From NCBI GenBank assembly GCA_029263415.1, contig JAJCXN010000048.1, positions 75,169 through 139,168 of the forward strand: DNA of 64,000 bases, read 5' to 3'. A program made the position numbers and the translations under genes. The notes under the pieces are model-generated. The model had not been told where the DNA came from, ran no database searches, and saw only the letters and a program-made list of their open reading frames with translations. Position 1 is the first letter of the stretch. The number at the start of each line of letters is the position of its first letter. Origin of the DNA: Acidobacteriota bacterium (lineage in GTDB: Bacteria > Acidobacteriota > Thermoanaerobaculia > Multivoradales > Multivoraceae). Positions 56,510 through 64,000 of this stretch are shown here, piece after piece.

Positions 56510-57656
56510 CCTCACCATCGAACTGGATCAGTCAACTGATGTGTTTCACCCTGGGGACGAGATTTCGGGACACGTCGTGGTTCGAACCGACCAAGACGTT
56601 CGGTGTGATGGGCTAGATGTCGAGTTGAACTGGCGTACCCATGGCCGCGGCAGCGTGGCAAGCGGTGACGCACAGACCATCCGCTTGTTCGAGGGCGAGT
56701 GGGCCGACCTCACCAACCTTCGATATTCGTTTCAGTTCACAGTCCCTGGTGGCCCAGTGACTTACCACGGCCACTACCTCAACGTGGCCTGGACGGTGCG
56801 GGCGCACGCGGACATCCCGTGGAAGTTCGATCCAAAGGCGGAAGTCGAATTCGCGCTCACATCTGGGCCTGAGACCGAACAGAGAGCAAACTGGGAGAGC
56901 CAGTTCGCAGGGGGATACCAACCAGACCTTTCCGAGCTCATTGCGGATGCTCAGCGCATGGGAGAGTCGGACTCAAGCGCAACGGGTGGTGCGAGCAGTC
57001 GCCAATCATGGAGCGAGATCAAGAGCAAGACCTTTGCTAGTCCCGCGAGCACGGCAATTGGCCTTGGCTGTGTTGGCATTGGCTTGCTTTTGCTGCTCGG
57101 CTTCGTCGGCCTGTTTGGTGCTTGGGCGTGGGACGGCGTCCACAAAGCCAGCGCGGGCGACTGGGGTGGTGCGATTCCGGGACTGATCGTTGCGGTGGTG
57201 ATGGTGCTCATAGTGCTCGGATTGACCTGGGCGATCGTTTCGCAGCGCATGCTGAAGTCGCGCTTCGGAACGATCGATCACGGCATTGAACCTGACCGAG
57301 CAGAGCCCGGCGAGGGTGTCTCTGTCCGGGTGTCCTTCACTCCCGAGAAGGACACCTTGATCAATCGGTCGACCGTACAACTCGTAGCATTCGAAGAGGT
57401 GGTCAGCGGCTCAGGGACGAACCGGAAGACCCGCCGACATTCAATCCACGATCAAGAGTTCGAACTCAGCGCGGAGCGCAGGCTCATGGCTAGGCAGCCA
57501 GTCATCTTGGAAACCGAGGTGGTCATCCCGGCAACCGCCCCGCCCTCGTTCAAGGCTCACAGGAACGAGCTGACGTGGAAGATCATTACCCACGTTGACA
57601 TCGCCCGCTTCCCAGACTGGGGCGAAACGAAGACCGTTGTGGTGATGCCTCATTAG
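56496..57656 (+). CDS. Membrane protein with two arrestin/SpoOM-like beta-sandwich domains
   Basis: RBS CAGGAG. FHPGDEISG...VPGGPVTY...WTVRAHADIP is echoed by EPGEGVSV...IPATAPPSF...WKIITHVDIA, with two TM helices between. Confidence 0.7.
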   Translation: MSKCDLTIELDQSTDVFHPGDEISGHVVVRTDQDVRCDGLDVELNWRTHGRGSVASGDAQTIRLFEGEWADLTNLRYSFQFTVPGGPVTYHGHYLNVAWTVRAHADIPWKFDPKAEVEFALTSGPETEQRANWESQFAGGYQPDLSELIADAQRMGESDSSATGGASSRQSWSEIKSKTFASPASTAIGLGCVGIGLLLLLGFVGLFGAWAWDGVHKASAGDWGGAIPGLIVAVVMVLIVLGLTWAIVSQRMLKSRFGTIDHGIEPDRAEPGEGVSVRVSFTPEKDTLINRSTVQLVAFEEVVSGSGTNRKTRRHSIHDQEFELSAERRLMARQPVILETEVVIPATAPPSFKAHRNELTWKIITHVDIARFPDWGETKTVVVMPH

Positions 57657-57854
57657 CAGGTCATAACAGTGCGTCAACCACACTATTTCTCCCAAGCTCT
57701 CAAGGCCGCTAAACGCAGCCTTCCTTCAAAACAGCACGCATCTCGCGCACACTTGGCTTGCTACGCCAACGCCGGCCCGTCGCTGCGGAGTCCTGCTGCG
57801 GAGATCTCCGCGGACGACTGCTCGACCACGAGATCACTTTCTCCAATGACTGTC

Positions 57855-58862
57855 TCATTGAGCGATCGCGGTGGGATGAATCCCCTCTCCAACCACGAAG
57901 CGCGAACCCACAGCACCAACGACCGCTGACGACCGGTTCAATCCTAAGCCGGTCCTTAGGCGCATCAGCGGCTCGATCCCCGTGCAATGTCCCGCCATCA
58001 GGTGGTCGAGGCCGATCTGTCGAAGCCGGTCGGCCGTCCAACCCAGGGTCTCTTCATCTGCATTGAAGAGGTGCATTCCGCCCATCAAGGCGTGAATTCG
58101 CTGGTTGGAGTTCCTTTCTCGAACCTGCTCAAGCAGGTTCACCGCACCGGAATGCCCGCAGCCCAACAAGACCACCGGCCCGTTCTCGGAAACGATTGTG
58201 AGACCTTGACTCTCTGGGACGAAATCGACCTTCCACTCGCCGTCGATCTCTACCTCGATCGACAACGGGAAGTTCCGCTCGTCGTGTTTTCGTTCGACTG
58301 GGCCGGTCAACCAAACTCCAGGCTGCACTTCGGCTGCTGCGTCGTACTCAAGGACCTCGATACCCATCTCGATCAGACTGACGCGTACAGCGCTCATCTG
58401 ATTGATCTTGCTCGCCATGGCTTGTTCCGCGTTCCCTCCCACCCTACGACGAGGAAGAAAGATGCCCGCAGCGACGTGCACACGCTGTAGCGTACCCGCT
58501 TCTTTCAGCTTGCTCGCCAGTGGAACGAGACCACTGGTGTGATCGGAGTGAAAGTGGCTAAGAACAATGTCTGAGACGCAAGTCAGATCTACATTCAAGA
58601 CCTCGGCGTTCCGGATCACAGTGTCGGGATAGCGGCCGGTATCGAACAGAAGGCAATGATCGTCGGCCTTCACCAGCGCTGCGAAGCCCCACTCCCCCAC
58701 CGTAGCGCCATCGGCAAGATTGGAAGACAGGATCGTCACCTCAACCGACTTCGCCACGTGCCGCGCTGACTCCTCGAGAGAACGCTCTGTCGGATTCAAA
58801 AACGCGGCGACCGCCAAAAGGAAGAAGGGAACGAACGATGAAACGATGGGCTGAGCAGTCAT
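57855..58862 (-). CDS. MBL-fold metallo-hydrolase, exported
   Basis: GEWGF, LFDTG, SHFHSDH, GCGHSG, GGMHL, GHCTG. Confidence 0.9.
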   Translation of the reverse strand: MTAQPIVSSFVPFFLLAVAAFLNPTERSLEESARHVAKSVEVTILSSNLADGATVGEWGFAALVKADDHCLLFDTGRYPDTVIRNAEVLNVDLTCVSDIVLSHFHSDHTSGLVPLASKLKEAGTLQRVHVAAGIFLPRRRVGGNAEQAMASKINQMSAVRVSLIEMGIEVLEYDAAAEVQPGVWLTGPVERKHDERNFPLSIEVEIDGEWKVDFVPESQGLTIVSENGPVVLLGCGHSGAVNLLEQVRERNSNQRIHALMGGMHLFNADEETLGWTADRLRQIGLDHLMAGHCTGIEPLMRLRTGLGLNRSSAVVGAVGSRFVVGEGIHPTAIAQ

Positions 58863-59119
58863 GGGCTCTCCAGAGGCAGCAATCGACGGACTCCCGACAA
58901 TGTCGTTCGCAACAGCATCCAAAACATTACAGGGCACCTGACTCCGCATCGCGACTCCCTCAACGAACCACGGAAAGGGTCCCAATTCGAACGGCAGTCG
59001 CACCGGAGTCGGACTCCAACATAGCAAACCACTCGTTTCCAACCCCCGAAGTCACGGGGCCACAAGAGCGGGCAGCCCCGAGTGTTCGCGCGCCAATCGT
59101 CACAGGCAGACCCCGAGTC

Positions 59120-60466
59120 CTAGTAGGTCAGCGCCTGACGGTCGACAACGCGTCCTCGATGGACCACAGCGACAATCCTCTGGGTGTTCCGGATGTCTGC
59201 CAACGGGGAACGGTCGAGTACAACAAATGATGCAGTGTCGCCAACAACGAACCCCGCCGAGCGACCGAGAAAGTCGCCTGCCAGAGTGGTGGCGGCAGCG
59301 AGAGCCTTCCAACGGGTGAGCCCTGCTCGCTCCAACCAGAGCATCTCGCGGTGCACAGAGTAGCCCTGAAAGACGCCAAACCCTCCAGCATCTGTCCCAG
59401 TCAGCAAGAGCACTCCCGCCGCGTCGAGCTGGCGTACGCTACCGAGCCGAGCACTCTTGTCCTGCTCGAAGGAGGCGAGTTCGGCAGCCACCTTGTGGCG
59501 GTAGGCCGGGTCTCGGTACTTTGCCAGCAGACTAGGGCTCGCGACCGTACGCAGTAAGTCATTCTCGAGAAGCTCTGGTTCCGCTACAAGCGCTGGTCGA
59601 TCCAAGTAGACACTCAGGGTCGGAACGACCACCGTCCCGCTCTTCTTGATCGCCTCGATGACGTCCCTAGGAACAAGCTCGGCAGCGCCATCTGGGCCAT
59701 GAGTGATCGCAGTTGCGCCAGCCTCCGCAGCGTGGCGGGCGAACTCCCAGCTGCCGACATGAACCATGGTTTTGAGCTCTAGGGCAGTGGCTGTCTGGAT
59801 CGCAGCCTCCAGTGTTGCCCGGTCGATTGTCGGCATCGATCCCTCGTGGTAAACGATCTTGACAACGTCAGGTCGTTTCAAGGCGAGCTGCGTTATTTCT
59901 CGTATTGCATCTTCTGGGGTGTCAATGACCCGGGTCGGAATGGGGTACTCAGTGCAGTGCCCGTCGCTTGCCGTCAAACAGGGACCCGCGGCAAAGAGAT
60001 CAGCGCCAGCCACCGCCCTAGGGTCGCTGCGCTGGCGGTCACGCTGCGCCAGGATCACGGCCTCTAGACCAAACAGGTCCAGCACACCCACCACTCCGAC
60101 TGCAAGCGCACGCTTCAACGAGCCGCCGGTACCGAAGAACTCGCCCCGCCCGGAGGGACTACCGTTACCGTACGTATGACTATGCAGGTCGTGGAGGCCA
60201 GGAATCACAAACAGTCCGGAAGCATCCAGTGTTTCACCGTCAAAGCCAGACGGCCTCTGTGGTCCGAGTGCTGCCACCTTGCCGTCGAGAATCCAGACGT
60301 CTGCGCGCCGGACCGTCTCCGTCCGCGGGTCAACCAGAGCGGCGCCTGCGATATGCAAGTCGCCCTGCGCCTGCGCTGGCGCCGCTAGCGGGAAAGAGAC
60401 GAGCAGAGAGATCCACATCGGCAGGGTGTAGAAGCTGCCCCACAAGTATGCAGAGGCTTGTCGCAT
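59120..60466 (-). CDS. Amidohydrolase (imidazolonepropionase-like), exported
   Basis: PGLHDLHSH, MVH, GTDAG, ALAAAT; signal-like N-terminus. Confidence 0.88.
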   Translation of the reverse strand: MRQASAYLWGSFYTLPMWISLLVSFPLAAPAQAQGDLHIAGAALVDPRTETVRRADVWILDGKVAALGPQRPSGFDGETLDASGLFVIPGLHDLHSHTYGNGSPSGRGEFFGTGGSLKRALAVGVVGVLDLFGLEAVILAQRDRQRSDPRAVAGADLFAAGPCLTASDGHCTEYPIPTRVIDTPEDAIREITQLALKRPDVVKIVYHEGSMPTIDRATLEAAIQTATALELKTMVHVGSWEFARHAAEAGATAITHGPDGAAELVPRDVIEAIKKSGTVVVPTLSVYLDRPALVAEPELLENDLLRTVASPSLLAKYRDPAYRHKVAAELASFEQDKSARLGSVRQLDAAGVLLLTGTDAGGFGVFQGYSVHREMLWLERAGLTRWKALAAATTLAGDFLGRSAGFVVGDTASFVVLDRSPLADIRNTQRIVAVVHRGRVVDRQALTY

Positions 60467-60669
60467 GATGGATCCTTGAGAGTTCACAGCTACCAACCAG
60501 GACGGAGGAACCTTCTAGAAAGTTCACTCGCCCCCTGGGTTCTCAAGGTTCGTACGCTTCGCTAGAAGGCGCCGGTGGAAACTCTTCTTCAAGTCACTTG
60601 CTGACCTCTTGGCTAGTTCAGGTGCCCTCTAGCACTTGTTGGTGCACTCAGAACTCTCTCGGATGCTGC

Positions 60670-61482
60670 TTAGCGCGTAGCTGTCACCACATATCCACGA
60701 ATCTTGCCGTTGACCGCACCGGTGCCGAATCGACATTGAATGGCCGCAGTGGCTGCCTCCACAGCTTCTCCGAGCCTTGAGGAAGCACGGGACCGAATCT
60801 CTTCGTAAAGTGGCGTTCCGTGGCAGTAGGCGATCGCCACGTCAACAGCCCGCGGCGCCAGGCTTCGCGCCTCGACCGCTTCGGTCTCGATGTTGTCGAA
60901 CCCCCCTTGAACGAGGTGCCGGCGAATCTCGTCTTCGTCGTGGTAACCGTGGGGAGTGCGGGCGAGAAACAGCGGCGGGTCCTCGGGAAAGAGCATGCCG
61001 ATGGCTTCGGTGACGACATCCGCGAACTCATTCGCCTTGATCTGGTCCCAGACGTTGAAGATGAATCTCCCCTCTGGACGAAGAACGCGATGCGCTTGTG
61101 TGTAGGCACGGACCTTGTCGGGAAAGAACATCACTCCGAACTGGCACAGGACCGCGTCGAAAGAACCGTCCTCGAAGGGCAACTCGAGGGCATCGATCTG
61201 GCGCCACGAAACTGCTCGGCTTGTCTCAATGGCGGTGGCTCGATCCAGCATCGCCTCATTCAGATCAGAACCCACGATTTCCACAGACGGTGGCAGATTG
61301 CGAGCAAGTGCTCGCGTGACCACCCCGGTGCCCGCAGCGAGTTCCAGCACACGACCTTCCGTCAAGTCGCGAAGGCGTTCAACCAGATCGGCGGCGTACG
61401 ACTCAAAGATCAACGGCACCAGGTAGCGATCGTAGATCTCGGGTACCGAGCCTTCAAAAACGGCGTCCGTGGGAGAAGTCAC
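60670..61482 (-). CDS. Class I SAM-dependent methyltransferase (UbiE-like)
   Basis: VLELAAGTG, DLNEAM, LPFEDGSFD, CQFGVMFF. GTG start with AAGGTG RBS. Confidence 0.9.
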   Translation of the reverse strand: MTSPTDAVFEGSVPEIYDRYLVPLIFESYAADLVERLRDLTEGRVLELAAGTGVVTRALARNLPPSVEIVGSDLNEAMLDRATAIETSRAVSWRQIDALELPFEDGSFDAVLCQFGVMFFPDKVRAYTQAHRVLRPEGRFIFNVWDQIKANEFADVVTEAIGMLFPEDPPLFLARTPHGYHDEDEIRRHLVQGGFDNIETEAVEARSLAPRAVDVAIAYCHGTPLYEEIRSRASSRLGEAVEAATAAIQCRFGTGAVNGKIRGYVVTATR

Positions 61483-62011
61483 AACAACACCTTCGTTCTC
61501 TCTTTTTAGGAGTATCTTGGGCTTCCGCCGTCACTGAGTTTTCATTCTTGGACTGACTGTCTTCACGACTTGCTCCTGCGCCGGCAGGCTGACGGTTCGC
61601 AACCGCATCAACTGATCACCCAACATGACCTAAGGCCCCTACGAGCCGTCCCTAGCGGCCCCTGGTCGTCTTGCCGCTTGGACAAGGAGACGGGGAAACA
61701 GCCGACTCATGGCGCCAAGACCTCTTCACACGACGCCCAGACCCGGCCCGGAGTTCCGCCGATCGAGAAAGCGTACCCCAAGACAATGGCCGGAAGCACA
61801 CCACGGCGACGACCAACATCCCGAAGGCCGTAGAGACGGTTCGGATCGTTCGATCGCGAGCCTGCAGGGTCATGTCTGTGGCAGGCCGTTTAGACGGAGC
61901 ACTTCCGTCAACCCGACCGAGCCCCGAACGAGGACCGGGACCGTCGCTGACTAGCGCACGTTGTCAACAGTTCTATTCGTGCGCGGTCTCCCTCACGAAT
62001 CGAGATACCCG

Positions 62012-62575
62012 CTAGCTCAGAAAGCTCGCTGCAAAACGGACCCAGAGGAAGATCAACGTGATGCAGCCTGTCATCCAACAGGCAAAGCGCCACTTGACGT
62101 TGTTGAAGGCAATATAGACAGTGGCGTGTACTAACCTGGTCAAAACAAAGAGCCACGCCAAGCCGAGCTGCGCGTCATCGCGCCAACCGGTTGCGATCAT
62201 GAGTAGACAAACCACATAGAACAGCGTTGGCACTTGCATCAGGTTGTTGAACGTACGGGCCGGGCGTTCAATCCACTCGATGGGAACGTCTGATGTGTAG
62301 TCTTCGTAGTACTTTGCCGAGACAAGCCCGCGGAGAACGCCGCCGTTGCGGGCCACAACCATGAGCAACCAGACGACCCCGGTAAGACCGACCATCGCGA
62401 GGATGGGACCAACTAGATCATCCACGGCGCGCAGGCCTTGGGCAGATCGAACGACTGAGAACGAGACCGCTGCAGTGAACAGCGTAAGCACAGTAGCTAC
62501 TCGGAGGTAGTCGTTGAGCGTTGGCGACGGGTATTTCTGAGGCCCCGGCGGGCGGCTGCCATCAGAGTTAGTCAT
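62012..62575 (-). CDS. MAPEG-family membrane protein
   Basis: FNNLMQVPTLFY, LAWLFVLTRLVH. Confidence 0.85.
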   Translation of the reverse strand: MTNSDGSRPPGPQKYPSPTLNDYLRVATVLTLFTAAVSFSVVRSAQGLRAVDDLVGPILAMVGLTGVVWLLMVVARNGGVLRGLVSAKYYEDYTSDVPIEWIERPARTFNNLMQVPTLFYVVCLLMIATGWRDDAQLGLAWLFVLTRLVHATVYIAFNNVKWRFACWMTGCITLIFLWVRFAASFLS

Positions 62576-62948
62576 AAGGGCTACTTTCCACTTCTCGCAC
62601 GGGAGATCCCCACTCTTGAGTTAACACTGTCACTGAATCGTCGACAGCTATCCTGTTCCTGCAACCGCATCCTTGGCACTGGAGCAGAATCAACTCTAGC
62701 TGACCAGCCGGCTGACCGACGACCAGTCTCGAGTGGAGCTGTGGTCGAGAGGAGAGCGTGGTTCGGGCCAGGGCCCCAGCGACTGAATAGCGAAGGCAGC
62801 ATCCCATCAACGGGGGCAGCTGGCTGAGGCGCGAACGCGGAGCGGTGGCGTCGATGAACGAGCTGGTAGTGCAAGCCGGCGCCCACTAGGAACGCGCCGA
62901 TCGCGCCGCGGACGCCGAGGTTTCGGTAGCGGTGGCGTCGTTGCTGGC

Positions 62949-63332
62949 CTAGCCAGCGAGAAGGAAACGACCCTCACTCGGTGCGCTAAGCTGGGTCCCA
63001 GAATGCAACAGGAAGAGGAACAGCGGCAGGTACGGCAAGCGATGCTCGACTGCCGTTACCACTTGCAGCTGCGCATCAGCGACCGGGCGTTTCCCTCGGT
63101 CAGCGACCTCGAAGAGGGCGATCATGTCGCTCGATTCAGGGGGGCCGTAGTTGCCCTGTTTCGTCAGCAAGTCGCGGATCTCGAGGTTGGTAGCCCTCTC
63201 GCCCTCACAATCGAACACTGCGTCCGGCAAGAGCATTTCGGCCGGTTCGCCATGATTGGAGGTTTCACGGTTATGTCCGACCCCCTCGAAGAGATCGAGG
63301 TCTTGGAAGTCGTGCTCAACTCGAGGCTGCAA
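62949..63332 (-). CDS. Hypothetical ORF or gene remnant
   Basis: Protein-like composition, but no recognised motif and no clear RBS. Confidence 0.25.
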   Translation of the reverse strand: MQPRVEHDFQDLDLFEGVGHNRETSNHGEPAEMLLPDAVFDCEGERATNLEIRDLLTKQGNYGPPESSDMIALFEVADRGKRPVADAQLQVVTAVEHRLPYLPLFLFLLHSGTQLSAPSEGRFLLAG

Positions 63333-63561
63333 GTCCCATGCGGCCTAGTGCTACCGCTTCAGGCTCCAACCGATCACCCCCAGATCCAGGGGCCAGGGCT
63401 CGATTGGATGGCGCACAGCTGATGGATCTGCTTGAGCACCGAACGGCGCGCACGGCCGTCAGAGCCCTGGCTGGCAAGTCGTGGAAGCATAGACGCCGCG
63501 CGACGATCCGGTCGTGGAAGAATGCAACGCCGCAACCAAAGCCCCCGAAGGAGTAGCTTCC

Positions 63562-64000
63562 ATGAGATCCGACGAGACCGAGACCCAGGCACAAGTAGAC
63601 ATCGACGTGGTCGTTGTGGGCGCGGGAATGGCTGGGCTCTACATGCTGCATCGGCTCCGGGGCGAGGGCATTTCTGCCATCGCACTCGAATCTGCGGACG
63701 ACGTGGGCGGCACCTGGTACTGGAATCGTTACCCGGGCGCCCGCTGCGACATTCAGAGCCTCGACTACCAGTACTCGTTCGACCCGGAGCTGGCCAAAGA
63801 GTGGCAATGGAGCGAGAAGTACGCCACCCAGCCTGAGATCCTCCGCTACTTGCAGCACGTCGCCGAGCGCTACGACCTGAGGCGCGACATCCGCTTCGAG
63901 ACGCGGGTCAAGGGTGCGACTTGGGACGAAGAAGCAGGGCTCTGGCGTATCCGCACACAGGGCGCTGGATCAGAGGCCGACGGCGAGATCTCCTGTCGGT
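63562..64000 (+). CDS. Baeyer-Villiger flavin monooxygenase (CHMO/PAMO-like), 3'-truncated by window edge
   Basis: Absent from the ORF track because it has no stop in the window. RBS GAAGGAG; MRSD...DVVVVGAGMAG, DVGGTWYWNRYPGARCD, YATQPEILRYL. Confidence 0.93.
   Translation, partial: MRSDETETQAQVDIDVVVVGAGMAGLYMLHRLRGEGISAIALESADDVGGTWYWNRYPGARCDIQSLDYQYSFDPELAKEWQWSEKYATQPEILRYLQHVAERYDLRRDIRFETRVKGATWDEEAGLWRIRTQGAGSEADGEISCR

Noticed and set aside
61570..62011. Short overlapping ORFs between the methyltransferase and MAPEG genes
   Set aside because: No recognisable motif or RBS; cannot support a CDS or mobile element.

Overview
GC-rich bacterial window, most likely from Acidobacteriota. 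That placement is inferred from the PadR + duplicated orphan permease pair, the kinase/ECF pairs and the C-terminal xFxDGFES tails. It holds about 48 CDS, mostly secreted or lipoprotein hydrolases, transmembrane signalling modules and redox genes, plus several truncated gene remnants. I found no rRNA, tRNA, CRISPR array, integrase or transposase. Main highlights: (1) a selenoprotein split by the ORF caller, an AhpC/TSA-like domain with a W-U-P-P-C motif fused to a DsbD-N-like domain, with a SECIS-like hairpin after the UGA (16807-18033, minus); (2) a self-contained sigma-54 circuit of a Ser/Thr kinase, an FHA-bearing enhancer-binding protein, two divergent -24/-12 promoters, tandem 18-bp enhancer boxes and three small lipoprotein targets; (3) a 93-bp, ~91% identical direct repeat taken from the selenoprotein gene that brackets this circuit; (4) a five-gene lipoprotein protease/amidohydrolase operon; (5) three different C-terminal tail motifs on secreted proteins. 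All family calls come from motif recognition by eye; no database search was run.
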